From the IMG/VR virus record IMGVR_UViG_3300029288_006769, positions 346,367-410,366 of that record: DNA of 64,000 nucleotides. One strand, given 5' to 3'. Position 1 is the first letter of the stretch. The number at the start of each line of letters is the position of its first letter. Below the pieces are notes generated by a model. It saw only the letters and a list, made by a program, of their open reading frames with translations, had not been told where the DNA came from and ran no database searches. This document shows positions 1-9,848 of this stretch, piece after piece. This stretch comes from a virus. A program made the translations under genes and the position numbers.

Positions 1-303
1 AGCATAAGGAGAAAGATTGATATCACTCTCTACATAAGAAGGATCTATAGCTGTAAGTTTGAAATAATATCGAACATTTGGTGGTACAGGTACATCAGAA
101 TCTTTTACAAGAGTACAAACTTTATTTTTGTAATTTTTGTCAACTAGATTAGGAATACCAGTTTTTACTAATGTGTAAATACCTGCAGGAGTAGCAGAAC
201 TATAAAGATTATAGCTTTTTGCTTCAGACTTAGTTAAAGGGATCCAGCCAAAAAATATATCCCCATTTCGACGGTACAAAACTTGTAATCTAGGTGCCGC
301 CAT
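1..303 (-). CDS. Virion structural protein, FN3-like (partial, runs off window start); paralog of 422-853
   Basis: ATG at 303 with AAGGAG RBS; MAAPRLQVLYRRNGDIFFGW..SYNLYSSATPAGIYTL resembles QIIYRLRQLIRLF..SFNFYYSDAPSGVYTL of the next gene. Confidence 0.6.
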   Translation of the reverse strand, partial: MAAPRLQVLYRRNGDIFFGWIPLTKSEAKSYNLYSSATPAGIYTLVKTGIPNLVDKNYKNKVCTLVKDSDVPVPPNVRYYFKLTAIDPSYVESDINLSPYA

Positions 304-366
304 TTTACTTCTCCTTCGGTTGGCAAAGACGTGTGTTCGTCTATTTCTTGTTAGTCCGAAGTTCTT

Positions 367-394
367 AAAAAAGGGTTAGATTCCTCTAACCCTT
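367..394 (-). terminator. Rho-independent terminator
   Basis: AAGGGTTAGA/TCTAACCCTT stem followed by T-run on minus strand, downstream of 422-853. Confidence 0.6.
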
Positions 395-421
395 AATATT
401 CAAAGAACTTTCAAATCAAAA

Positions 422-853
422 TTATGTGCCAACTGTTGTTGTCACAACATTCCCGTCAGCATCAACAGAAACAGGTATAAATCTTTGTGTATCTTTATTA
501 AAACCATATACGACTGAAAACTCTTTAGGGATAATTGTCTCTACTCTCGTTGGAATTGTCAAAGGTCCTTCCATTGCACCTTCAGTTCCTCCAGTAACAG
601 GAGCGAGTTCTATATAATTCCTTGCATTGTCGTCCCAATTAACAAGAGTTTCAGTACTGAATTCGAAAACAATTTTGCCTCTAGTAGCAGGTGCATTTGA
701 TGGCTGATTAACAGCAGAGCCAAACAAAGTGTAGACACCACTCGGAGCATCTGAATAATAGAAATTAAAAGAATCTACACCCGCTCTATAATCGACAAAA
801 AGACGAATCAATTGTCTCAACCTATAAATTATCTGTACACCTTGTATTGCCAT
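422..853 (-). CDS. Putative virion structural protein (beta-rich)
   Basis: 143 aa ORF in head module, similar to 1-303 product. Confidence 0.55.
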   Translation of the reverse strand: MAIQGVQIIYRLRQLIRLFVDYRAGVDSFNFYYSDAPSGVYTLFGSAVNQPSNAPATRGKIVFEFSTETLVNWDDNARNYIELAPVTGGTEGAMEGPLTIPTRVETIIPKEFSVVYGFNKDTQRFIPVSVDADGNVVTTTVGT

Positions 854-1522
854 TTATGCTTCCTGGCTTGTTGTTTCTAATTTTCTACGTCTTCTTATGC
901 GTTTTTCAATTTCCTGACTTATTTGTTCTTTAGCTTCATGCTTTTTTTCATCAAAATTTGGAGTTGCCAATTGGATATCATCAGCTCCTATTTCTTTTGC
1001 AAGATTTGCTATAACATCTTTCTTAGGTGGCTCTACTACAACTTCTCTTCTTGCTTGAGTTTGAATTGGACTCCTAAGAAGCTCATCAGGCCCTTTTGTT
1101 GTAACATCAGCTTGACGTTCTCTCATTCTTCGTTCAGCTGCATTAAAATTTGGTATTACAGGTTTATCTTCTTCTTTCTGTTTTTGCATCGGAGCTTTAG
1201 GTTTAAAACTTTTTCCAGCTTGACGAGATTCTAGACTTTTGTTTGTTTCCTTTGCATCAACAGAAGTTTTTATTGGTGTTTTCTTTTGAAGAACAATCTC
1301 TTCTTTTTCTTCTATGGGTTTAGATTTAGGAATTGAAATATACTGTGATGCTTCCTCCTCTGTGACTTCTGTCATCCATTTTGCTTTCAGAGAAGCTGAA
1401 ATCCCTTTTGAAGCATCACAAGTATATTTATCAAAATAAAAATACTCATCAGTCTGTATTTTTCTGTTCAAATCCGTTAGTCTAAAGCCACCTAACCGAT
1501 TACACTTGAAGAAACGATACAT
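854..1522 (-). CDS. Hypothetical protein
   Basis: 222 aa ORF with GGGAG RBS, abuts downstream gene. Confidence 0.7.
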   Translation of the reverse strand: MYRFFKCNRLGGFRLTDLNRKIQTDEYFYFDKYTCDASKGISASLKAKWMTEVTEEEASQYISIPKSKPIEEKEEIVLQKKTPIKTSVDAKETNKSLESRQAGKSFKPKAPMQKQKEEDKPVIPNFNAAERRMRERQADVTTKGPDELLRSPIQTQARREVVVEPPKKDVIANLAKEIGADDIQLATPNFDEKKHEAKEQISQEIEKRIRRRRKLETTSQEA

Positions 1523-1560
1523 ATTAATCTCCCTAAATCTTAATTTTAATTTTTTATAGA

Positions 1561-2079
1561 TTATGCTGTTGCTGCTTTACCGATTTCATTTCTCTTATCA
1601 TCAAATGTACCAGGACCAATAGAAATCCATTCTTCATCACCTAATTGAGATGAAGCAAAAGCCGCAGGATCATCTTTATTCGGATCATGTTCAATTGGAT
1701 GTGATGCCTCTTTACCAGCAGGATCTAACCAATCTTCGGTGCCCATCTCCATAGACATAGGATCATCAGTGTCTTCCCAAGCTTTTTCTTCATCGTAGTC
1801 ATCATCAGCCATTTCTTCAACGCCCGACTGATATGCTTCTTCCATTTTACCAAGAGCTTCAAGTTCTCTTGAAATTCTCATAAGTTTCTTGGCAAGTCTC
1901 TTTTTTCTGTTTGCAATGGAAGCAGCTCTATGAGCAGGATCTCTCTTGTCATTACCCCAGTTATTCTCCGGAGCAACTTCTTGTTCATGATCCAATCCAA
2001 CCTGCGGTCCATCATAACCAATCGCTTCACGGCATGCGCCAATCTCATCGAGATATGAAGCCTGTTTCTTTTCCATCAT
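1561..2079 (-). CDS. Hypothetical acidic protein (possible internal head protein)
   Basis: 172 aa ORF, AGGAGG RBS. Confidence 0.7.
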   Translation of the reverse strand: MMEKKQASYLDEIGACREAIGYDGPQVGLDHEQEVAPENNWGNDKRDPAHRAASIANRKKRLAKKLMRISRELEALGKMEEAYQSGVEEMADDDYDEEKAWEDTDDPMSMEMGTEDWLDPAGKEASHPIEHDPNKDDPAAFASSQLGDEEWISIGPGTFDDKRNEIGKAATA

Positions 2080-2120
2080 TATCCTCCTTAGGAAATGTCT
2101 TAATTTGTTTTATGTGAAAA

Positions 2121-2411
2121 TCATCCAAAACGATGATAATGTCTTAATCCTCTACGACGTTTTAATTGTGTTCTATGTATTGAACGATATCTTTTCATTC
2201 TTGTTCTTAATTTTTGTCTATGTGTTTTATAGTAGAGTTTTCTCTTTGTTCTTGTAGTTCCTCTACTTTTTCTTGGCCTTTTAATTCTAAATCGATAACG
2301 AGCTGCCACTTCCATTGCAACTTTATCAAGTATGTCAGCTAGATCTGCGCGATTATATTTGTCTTCTAATTCGTCAGCATAATCATGCAATTTTGCTAGA
2401 ATAGAGAACAT
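2121..2411 (-). CDS. Small protein with Arg/Lys-rich C-terminus (nucleic-acid binding)
   Basis: Start MFSILAK at 2411 with GGAGG RBS; C-terminal half very rich in R/K. Confidence 0.65.
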   Translation of the reverse strand: MFSILAKLHDYADELEDKYNRADLADILDKVAMEVAARYRFRIKRPRKSRGTTRTKRKLYYKTHRQKLRTRMKRYRSIHRTQLKRRRGLRHYHRFG

Positions 2412-3432
2412 CAGTCGCCTCCGAATCATATCTATATAAAAAATTAAAACAAGACAAAATCTCATTACAAGTACAAGCAAATTTCATTTTATAGACACAT
2501 AATTCATCTACAATAGCAAAATCTAATTTGTTTTGTTGACAAAACTTTCTTGCGGCATCGAATTTTAAATGATTATTTTCAGTATCTATAAAAACACTTG
2601 GTTTTATTTCGATTAAAATGCAATTATTTTTAAGACAAATTAAAACATCAGGAACATAATTTCTTATATAATCTTTTAGATAAGGTATACGAATAGGTTC
2701 GACATAATAACCAATAACATCATCAAATTTTTCTAAAGATTCGAATACTTGTAATTCCAGACTTGATCTATAATAAAATTTTAAATTGTTCTTATGTGAT
2801 TTGAAAAACCCAGTTTTGTATTTTGAACGTTTATCTATTTTTTCTAACATTTTTGCTGAAGCAATTGAAATCTTTGATCTTGCTTCTAAAGTATGATGTT
2901 TGCCAAAAAAACCATTATTTTTTCCAGAATTAGCTTTACTTATTTTTTGCTTTGTATCATAAGAATGATAATAACCATTTTGTTCGGCAGTTTTCTTTCT
3001 TGTTTTTTTATTTTTTTCAATTGCATCTAGAGTTGGTTTTTTCCCAAACATCCAACTCCCAAATTTTCTATCTTTTGCTATTTTAGACATTTTCTTTGAG
3101 AATTTTAAAAGTCTTGTATCAGTTTCTTTTGTTAAACCCTTAGACCATGATACATGACCTTCGTGTTTTCTGCCCTTGTTACTTCTAGAAATAGCTTGAT
3201 TATGTTGAGTCGTATTAGATTTGTGTCTTCTTGCATGCCCTTTTATAAACTTTATTCCAAGTCTCATTTTCTCCCAAGAAATAATTTTCCCGCATCCGCA
3301 AAGACAATAACAAAAAGTTGATTCTAAAGTCTTTCTACAATTATCACAAAATTTTGTCCGATTTGAATTTGCTTGGAATTCATTAGAACATTTAGAGCAA
3401 ACTTTGCGAATTTTATTTTTTAGAACTCTCAT
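2383..3432 (-). CDS. Putative homing endonuclease, NUMOD3 repeats + TnsA-like PD-(D/E)xK domain
   Basis: HSYDTKQKISKANSG..FFGKHHTLEARSKIS NUMOD3-like repeats; YRSSLE..YVPDVL..IEIKP nuclease motifs. Confidence 0.75.
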   Translation of the reverse strand: MRVLKNKIRKVCSKCSNEFQANSNRTKFCDNCRKTLESTFCYCLCGCGKIISWEKMRLGIKFIKGHARRHKSNTTQHNQAISRSNKGRKHEGHVSWSKGLTKETDTRLLKFSKKMSKIAKDRKFGSWMFGKKPTLDAIEKNKKTRKKTAEQNGYYHSYDTKQKISKANSGKNNGFFGKHHTLEARSKISIASAKMLEKIDKRSKYKTGFFKSHKNNLKFYYRSSLELQVFESLEKFDDVIGYYVEPIRIPYLKDYIRNYVPDVLICLKNNCILIEIKPSVFIDTENNHLKFDAARKFCQQNKLDFAIVDELCVYKMKFACTCNEILSCFNFLYRYDSEATDVLYSSKIA

Positions 3433-3787
3433 TTTTGCTCTTCTTGATCTTTTCTTCCATTTGTTTTAATAAAGTATAATAAAGTTCCCCATCTGATTCT
3501 GCAAGATGGTCCAAGGCAATTCGCTTTGTTACATCTTCATCAGGTGTATGCTCTTTCTCTACTTCAATCCCCATTTTCAATTCATTTTGATCGACATCTT
3601 CTTCACTAATCCCTTTTTCATTTGCTCTCCCGCTTGTAAGAAATGTTACAAACTTTGTTGCAAGTTTATAAATTTCAGCTTCAACTTCATGCACATCATA
3701 ATCCTGAGCTTCTGCCCATGCATGCAGATCAGCATCTTTAGGGTTAGGATTAAGTTTTAGAAAAAATATTATGTCTTCTCTTAACAT
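3413..3787 (-). CDS. DUF5661-like phage protein
   Basis: ELKMGIEVEKEHT..IALDHLAE..YYTLLKQME motif. Confidence 0.65.
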   Translation of the reverse strand: MLREDIIFFLKLNPNPKDADLHAWAEAQDYDVHEVEAEIYKLATKFVTFLTSGRANEKGISEEDVDQNELKMGIEVEKEHTPDEDVTKRIALDHLAESDGELYYTLLKQMEEKIKKSKNESSKK

Positions 3788-3822
3788 TATAAAACCTCTT
3801 ACAAGTTATTAGAGCACTACTA

Positions 3823-3838
3823 ATAAAAACAGTAGAAT
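3823..3838 (-). promoter_or_regulatory. Copy of recurrent upstream motif (candidate phage late promoter)
   Basis: ATTCTACTGTTTTTAT on minus strand, variant of TTTCTAWAGTTTTTAT, upstream of start 3787. Confidence 0.4.
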
Positions 3839-3880
3839 ATTCAACATTAGAATGCAAATAAAATATGATGCAATTATTTC

Positions 3881-3916
3881 AAACAAAAAGCCCCGCCTTG
3901 TTTCCAGGGCAGGGCT
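3881..3916 (-). terminator. Rho-independent terminator after major capsid gene
   Basis: AGCCCTGCCCTG-GAAA-CAAGGCGGGGCT followed by TTTTGTTT. Confidence 0.8.
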
Positions 3917-3940
3917 CAAAACTAATAATATTTCAATTAG

Positions 3941-4819
3941 TTATGGACGTGTAACTTCAATCAAGCTTACACCGCGCGGATTCCATACACCAATTCCGAT
4001 TTGTTCGAAAATTGACCAACCAATGAGGCGGTTATCCGGATCATCAGCGGGAAGAACTGTAATGTCAATTCTCTGCGGCATAACTGCAAGGAACTTCTCT
4101 TCGGTGCATACAAAGACTGTACCAATCGGAACTACCCTGCTAACAATGATATCGGCACCCCAGATCTGAGCCATCAAACCTGTGTTCAACAAACTCTTCT
4201 GAGTTACGGGGTCCAACTGGTCGCGACCAAACTTACGGATGTCAGAATAATCTCTGGCATTCATGAACAGACGTGCAACACGAAGGTCATGTTTCTCAAC
4301 TTCAGCAAAAGCATCAGCAAGCGCATCCCTGTCAAGAGACGGTGTTGCTGGTGTAACTGCGTTGAAAGGAAGACCAGTGTTTGGGTTGATCTGAGCAGCC
4401 GCAACTTGGAGGGCATTGAAACCAAGATCATCTTCACTTGCCTGGATGTCCTGTTTTGCCTTGTCCTGAGCACGGTCAATCAGATTGTACCGACGTTCTT
4501 TAATCTGGGTAAACGGAATTTTCGGGTTCGAAGCAAGTTCGAACAACGGAACGAGAATTCTTTTACCTTTGACGATAGTTTCTGGTGTCTGGCCTTCTTC
4601 ACCGATGACGATGGCCGGAACATCAACGTCTCTGTCATAGTACGGAAGAGCACCCTGAGGCAGAGGATCTACAACTGCTGCCCGACGGAACACACCCTCA
4701 TAGTCCAGACGTTCACGGAGGGGATTCTGCATCGATGCAGCAAGCTTCATCTTTCCTTCTGGGGAAAGCAAGAGCTTCTCAATGGCTCTTTCTTTGTCAG
4801 CTGCTGTCGTGATTTTCAT
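3941..4819 (-). CDS. Major capsid protein (HK97 fold)
   Basis: 292 aa; downstream of protease/scaffold/decoration genes, followed by strong terminator, raised GC3; IGEEG..P..FELASNP..DRAQDKAKQDIQASED..GIGVWNPRGV pattern typical of HK97-type MCPs. Confidence 0.85.
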   Translation of the reverse strand: MKITTAADKERAIEKLLLSPEGKMKLAASMQNPLRERLDYEGVFRRAAVVDPLPQGALPYYDRDVDVPAIVIGEEGQTPETIVKGKRILVPLFELASNPKIPFTQIKERRYNLIDRAQDKAKQDIQASEDDLGFNALQVAAAQINPNTGLPFNAVTPATPSLDRDALADAFAEVEKHDLRVARLFMNARDYSDIRKFGRDQLDPVTQKSLLNTGLMAQIWGADIIVSRVVPIGTVFVCTEEKFLAVMPQRIDITVLPADDPDNRLIGWSIFEQIGIGVWNPRGVSLIEVTRP

Positions 4820-4889
4820 GGAAATCTCCTTTAACTTACTGTTGCTTGTTTGTGAATACTTAGAACTTGTTACTTTTTGCGTCTTTCAG

Positions 4890-5378
4890 TTAGATCATCA
4901 GATCAAAACCAAGCCAAGGATCCGTCGGTGTCGGTGCCTTAGAGACACGACCAACGATATTGCTTGTTGTGTTTTCTGTTGTGAGAAGACCGAAATCACT
5001 AACATAGAGAAGAGCGCCAGCTACATAGGCGACATCGCCTGAATCAGCTTCATTGCGAGTCTCATAAATGTCAGTTTCAAACGATCCCATCGAACGCATA
5101 ACAGTAACTTTACCCGAAGCAACAGCTGGAGTATTTTCGAACGGTGAGCCTGCAGCATCGTTGAGAAAGATCCCGACAGCCGTATGGTCGTTACTGATAT
5201 CGACCTCGTAATTGTCGGAATACATCGCAACCATACCTGCCAGGACTCCGTCCGGTGTGTCAGCCGTAATCCGGGATGACGTAGCACCAGCAGCGCCATA
5301 GTTCTGACGAGTGAAGGCGCCAGGAGCCAATGTTGACAGAGAATTTCTGTCACCTGCGAACAGGATACGAAGTGCCAT
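4890..5378 (-). CDS. Capsid decoration/cement protein
   Basis: 162 aa directly upstream of MCP; GKVTV..YVAGALLYVSDFGLLT..IVGRV pattern typical of head decoration proteins. Confidence 0.65.
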   Translation of the reverse strand: MALRILFAGDRNSLSTLAPGAFTRQNYGAAGATSSRITADTPDGVLAGMVAMYSDNYEVDISNDHTAVGIFLNDAAGSPFENTPAVASGKVTVMRSMGSFETDIYETRNEADSGDVAYVAGALLYVSDFGLLTTENTTSNIVGRVSKAPTPTDPWLGFDLMI

Positions 5379-5501
5379 GGAACAACTCCTTACGTTAAGT
5401 TTTACTTTTGAAAACTAGCAGCACTACTGAACAGTTAATCTGAACTTATAAAAGGTTTATAAAAGACAGAGGATTTCACCCCTGTCTTTTTATAAAACTT
5501 A

Positions 5502-7085
5502 TTAGTCTTGTGGTGCGCCTCTCCACATCTTAGAAAGAACTTCAACTTCAGGATCACTTGTATAATCATTTTGTTCAACAAGAGAAGCATTTTTGTCGAT
5601 ACCAAATTCATCGACAACTTCACCATCTTCACGTTTTAAAGTTGAATGATCTGACGAACTTACTGTTTTTCCCGGATCTTTTTTTGCAGCTTCTTTTTTT
5701 GCTTCTTCTGCAACTTCATCTTTAGGAGTCTCAGAAACTTTTTCAGCAGGGGTTTCGGGCTTGTCAGCTTTCTCTTCATCTTTTGCAACTTCAGGTACAG
5801 CTTTCTCTTCTTTGCATTCAGCAAGTTTCTTTTCAATATCTTCAGCTTTCTCTTCAGCAGAATCACCAAGAGCATCTTCTTTGTCAGCTGTTTCAATATC
5901 ACCTTCAGCTTCGGCTGACTCAGCAAGTTTACGATGATTTGCAGCTACCGTTCGATATGTACGTGCCAATTCAGCAAGTTTTGCCTTTTTGTCATCTGTT
6001 GCAGCTCCTTCAGGTTTTTCTTCAGCTAGTGGAACTGCTGCATCGGCCTTTTCTTCTTCAACTTTACCTGCTGGTGTCGAGTCTGGTGTTGCATTTGGAG
6101 GAAGAGCTGATGCTGCATCTTTTTCTGCTGGTACTGCGGTTTCTGGTTGTGCAACTAGATCAGCTTTTTCTTCTTTTTTTGCTTCTTCTGCTTCTACTGG
6201 TGCAGCTTCTTCAGGTTCTTTCTTAGCTTCATCATCTGCTGTCTTCATAAGGGAAATAACTTCTTCGATATGAGCAACTTTTGCTGCAGCATCATCAGCT
6301 TTCTGATCAAGGAATTCAGCCTGCTCTTCATCATCATCTTCTTGTGCTTCGGCAGCAGCTTGACGATTGATTCTTTCGACCCGTGCCTGACGACGAAGTT
6401 CTTTTTGAGCATCTTCAATTGAAGCAAACTCGTTTTCTCCGGCAACTTTTCTTTCAAGTCTTTCAATTTCACTATCATCGAGTTTTACGATTTGAGCGAT
6501 TTTCGCTTTAATAGTTTCATATGAATCTTCAAGTTTGCCCTCAACAACAAGTTGTTTTGCAATTGCAAGTCCTCTACGAGCTTTACGTTCGATAGCACGA
6601 TCACTACGTTCTTGAGCAAGTTTCTTTTTCAAATTTGAAATAACTGCTTTAAAACCTGCAGCTTCACTTGCAAATTTATCCTCATCTTCATTTACATCTT
6701 CAGCAGGTTCGCCTTCGCCTTCATCTTCACCTGTACCTCCATCTTTTTCTTCAACAGAAGGATTTAAAGGTGCTGCAGGTGTCATCGGGCTTGCAACTGG
6801 TGCATCTGCACCTGCACCTTTGCCTTCAGCCTGAGTATTCACTGCCTGAACTACTTCTGAATGAAGTTCGTTTGTATCAGTAACAGCTGGTTGATCAGCT
6901 GGTGCCGCCATCTGCGCACTGGTTCTGCTTTGAAGTGTAGCAATCAAGTCCTCAGCAAATTTTTGAGCTTCAGCTGGTTCAAAAGTCTCTTTTGAAGACT
7001 CAACGACTTTCACCAGCTCTGATCCCTTGAATACTGCGACTTTTGTTCCACTTTTATGCACTTTTGCACTCCAACACAAATTCAT
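5502..7085 (-). CDS. Putative scaffolding protein
   Basis: 527 aa, Ala/Glu/Lys-rich coiled-coil and low-complexity, located between protease and capsid genes. Confidence 0.6.
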   Translation of the reverse strand: MNLCWSAKVHKSGTKVAVFKGSELVKVVESSKETFEPAEAQKFAEDLIATLQSRTSAQMAAPADQPAVTDTNELHSEVVQAVNTQAEGKGAGADAPVASPMTPAAPLNPSVEEKDGGTGEDEGEGEPAEDVNEDEDKFASEAAGFKAVISNLKKKLAQERSDRAIERKARRGLAIAKQLVVEGKLEDSYETIKAKIAQIVKLDDSEIERLERKVAGENEFASIEDAQKELRRQARVERINRQAAAEAQEDDDEEQAEFLDQKADDAAAKVAHIEEVISLMKTADDEAKKEPEEAAPVEAEEAKKEEKADLVAQPETAVPAEKDAASALPPNATPDSTPAGKVEEEKADAAVPLAEEKPEGAATDDKKAKLAELARTYRTVAANHRKLAESAEAEGDIETADKEDALGDSAEEKAEDIEKKLAECKEEKAVPEVAKDEEKADKPETPAEKVSETPKDEVAEEAKKEAAKKDPGKTVSSSDHSTLKREDGEVVDEFGIDKNASLVEQNDYTSDPEVEVLSKMWRGAPQD

Positions 7086-7100
7086 AGTATCTCTCCTCAG

Positions 7101-7372
7101 TTAAAGTGAAATTTGTTTTGCTTTAATCTCATTCTCAGTTATTACAACAAACTTCATATTATTGTCATTTACATATTTTCTAGCAGCTTCAAACTTTAAA
7201 ACATTTCGTTGTAATGTTGTAGAGAATTTGGGCTTAACTTCAATTAAATCTCTTGAGCCATCTGCATAAACAACTAAAATATCAGGCCAATAGCTTTTTT
7301 GCCTTTTAGAGACTGGCTTATTTTTCTTTTTGTCTCTTCAGATTTGGGTTTGCCTTTCTGCAAAAAACTCAT
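7101..7372 (-). pseudogene. Deleted/frameshifted NUMOD3-TnsA-like endonuclease remnant
   Basis: ATG frame MSFLQKGKPKSEETKRKISQSLKGKK stops early; -1 frame gives SYWPDILVVYADGSRDLIEVKP..KFEAARKY, homologous to the C-terminus of 2383-3432; central part missing. Confidence 0.7.
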
Positions 7373-7384
7373 TATACTATCCTA

Positions 7385-8023
7385 TTACATTAATTTTACT
7401 AACTCATTACAATGTTGACAGACAACATAATTTGAAGTATAACTTGGTTTTCTATTTTGATCTACAAGATCATCAATAGTATAATGTTCTTCATTCTCAC
7501 AATGAGTACAAGAAACTTTCACATAAGAATTTTCTAAAACAAATGCATTAATTTCTTTGGCCGTTTTTTCTAAACTTGTCTCTTTTATTTTAGAAATTAT
7601 AGATGTGCCATATCTTGCCGAGAAAAAATAGACTTTATCTTCAATAGCACCGTTCTTATATGCTTCTTCATAACCTACAGTCATTTTAGGTTGACTGTTG
7701 CAATACCATACCCATCGTGCTTCATCATATCTGAATCCACATGTCCATACATCAGATCTCTTATTAATCAAATTTTTTTTAATTTCTTCAGTCTGTGTTG
7801 CAAGTTTCAATTGTTTTATGATTTCAAAACTTGCTCTTACAGGATTTGAAGGGAATGTATCTTTAACGCGTTGAATGATTTTGTTTTTTGAAACATCAAC
7901 AATGACAATATCTTTCTCTAAACGAAACGCCTTCAAATTTCTTTGAAGGTCTATAGATGATATTGCTTGTTGTTCTAGTTTCTTGACAACATTAAAACAA
8001 AAAAAATTAGAAAAAAACTGCAT
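7385..8023 (-). CDS. Hypothetical protein with C-terminal Zn ribbon
   Basis: CTHC..CQHC; start uncertain. Confidence 0.6.
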   Translation of the reverse strand: MQFFSNFFCFNVVKKLEQQAISSIDLQRNLKAFRLEKDIVIVDVSKNKIIQRVKDTFPSNPVRASFEIIKQLKLATQTEEIKKNLINKRSDVWTCGFRYDEARWVWYCNSQPKMTVGYEEAYKNGAIEDKVYFFSARYGTSIISKIKETSLEKTAKEINAFVLENSYVKVSCTHCENEEHYTIDDLVDQNRKPSYTSNYVVCQHCNELVKLM

Positions 8024-8025
8024 AT

Positions 8026-9768
8026 TTAATTTTTCTTTTTATTAATATAGGACATAGGCATATAAAAATCTTCACCAGTTTCTGTAATGAATTGTCCGTA
8101 TTCGCCACTATCGATTGTAGTCACAAAAGATACTTTCTCTCCCTTTGTGATAACAGAATTCCCTTGCTCATCGAACCAATATGTACCTTCATCATGATCA
8201 ACTGGAATGTCTTGAGAAACAACAAATATATTCGATTTTTTTACCTGTTCTAAGTCATTAATATTTTTCATTATAGTCTTTTTGTCATCGAGTCTAATGA
8301 TGAACATGGGACCACGTTGTGAAACAACTTCTCCAATTTTTCCCTTTTCTTTACCAGTTTTTATTTTAACCCTATCACCAGATTTGATTTTTGTTTTAGC
8401 AGTTTTATAGAGAGATTCTTCTGAAGCAAAAAAACAACGGGGACATTCTATAATATCTTGTTGCCCTGCATCAACGGAAGTGGCCTTTATTTTCCAAAGA
8501 TCTGTTTTAAAACCACATTTTAAACATTCAAATGTATCAACTCTTGAAACTGTTTTATTTGCAGGAGCAATTTCTAGAACAACAATAGGAACTTGTTTGC
8601 GTAATTCAAAACCTGGCTTTAATCCCGCATCATCTTTTATGTCATGAGGATTATCATAAGGAATATCAGAATAATCATGGGTGGAAATTGAGAAATCTTT
8701 ATTACCTGATTCATTTTCAATTGGATGAGTTGCTTCTTTTTTACCAAAAACTTTTTCAAGGATTCTATCGACAAAACCTGTTTTTTGTTTTGGTAAGACT
8801 TGACAAAGATTTTCTAACTCTTCACTTGAAAGAGTTTCTTTTGCTGTGAGTATTTGATTTGCTGTTTTGATTTCTATAGAACCGTCTTGTTTGATTGCAA
8901 TATTTGCAACATCAGTATCCTTTGATGCAGCTTTTAAAAGAACTCCATCCTCTTTTACCATTGTTTCAATTTTCGAATTGAGGATATTTGCAAGCAGATA
9001 ATTACTAACTTCAGAAGTGGAAAGAATTTTTCTAAAAACAGCGCCAGCAAAAGCAGGATTAGCTACAAGAGAAACATCAAAAAATGTGTTATTTATACAT
9101 ATTTCTGCAGCTCTTCTTGATGTCCCATCAGGTAGTCTATAAGTAGAACCTTTATTACCACGTCTAAGATGTTCACAATATGATGTAGGATCATTTGCAA
9201 TGTTTCCACAAATACTGCATCTTGTTTGAGCTGTAGTACAACCCATAGAAACTGCATTTATAATACCATTTTCAATATTTGCTACAAGATCTTTGTGTCT
9301 TCTATCTACAGAAAAAAGGACATCAATAAGAAGTGTGTCACCCATGTCTCTTGCAATGACATCAATGCATTTTCCTTTTGCATTTTCTAATCTTTGATCA
9401 TGTTCTACAAAGGTTGTTGCTCTTTTAAAGGACTTGTAATCTTTTAAAAGATCATTACATGTCCAAGCATCATGATTGTCATTGATAAATTTTTCAGTAG
9501 CAGTAGTAATCCAGTAGCCATTGTCTTCAGTTTTTACCCCAGCCATAATCGTAGTATGAATGTAGATAAATTTCGTTGGATCAATTGTGCTTACAACCTG
9601 AAAATCAGCCTCTTTATCGACAGCTTCTTTGTCAACAGCTTCTTTTTTGGGTTCTTCAATAGTGTTTTTGATGTTTGCTTGTTTCTTTAGAGCACTCCAA
9701 CTACTAATGTCACCACCCAAAATTTCGATTTTTGCTGTTTTGAGCATGCCAACTTTATTGAAAGACAT
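8026..9768 (-). CDS. Prohead (capsid maturation) protease with Zn-finger insert and C-terminal KOW/SH3-like domains
   Basis: FVEH..GKCID..AVSMGC..CSICG..CEH..FFDVSLVANPA motifs; lies between portal and scaffold. Confidence 0.8.
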   Translation of the reverse strand: MSFNKVGMLKTAKIEILGGDISSWSALKKQANIKNTIEEPKKEAVDKEAVDKEADFQVVSTIDPTKFIYIHTTIMAGVKTEDNGYWITTATEKFINDNHDAWTCNDLLKDYKSFKRATTFVEHDQRLENAKGKCIDVIARDMGDTLLIDVLFSVDRRHKDLVANIENGIINAVSMGCTTAQTRCSICGNIANDPTSYCEHLRRGNKGSTYRLPDGTSRRAAEICINNTFFDVSLVANPAFAGAVFRKILSTSEVSNYLLANILNSKIETMVKEDGVLLKAASKDTDVANIAIKQDGSIEIKTANQILTAKETLSSEELENLCQVLPKQKTGFVDRILEKVFGKKEATHPIENESGNKDFSISTHDYSDIPYDNPHDIKDDAGLKPGFELRKQVPIVVLEIAPANKTVSRVDTFECLKCGFKTDLWKIKATSVDAGQQDIIECPRCFFASEESLYKTAKTKIKSGDRVKIKTGKEKGKIGEVVSQRGPMFIIRLDDKKTIMKNINDLEQVKKSNIFVVSQDIPVDHDEGTYWFDEQGNSVITKGEKVSFVTTIDSGEYGQFITETGEDFYMPMSYINKKKN

Positions 9769-9824
9769 GAGGCCTCCGAAAAATTGTCAATCTTTACACA
9801 ATTTTTTGATAAAAGTCTTGATTT

Positions 9825-9840
9825 ATAAAAACTTTAGAAA
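9825..9840 (-). promoter_or_regulatory. Recurrent upstream motif (candidate late promoter)
   Basis: TTTCTAAAGTTTTTAT upstream of the protease start. Confidence 0.5.
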
Positions 9841-9848
9841 AAGTCAAT

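Noticed and set aside
4289-6883. Plus-strand ORFs opposite the capsid and scaffold genes
   Set aside because: Antisense shadows of biased-codon genes, with no RBS or recognisable motifs.
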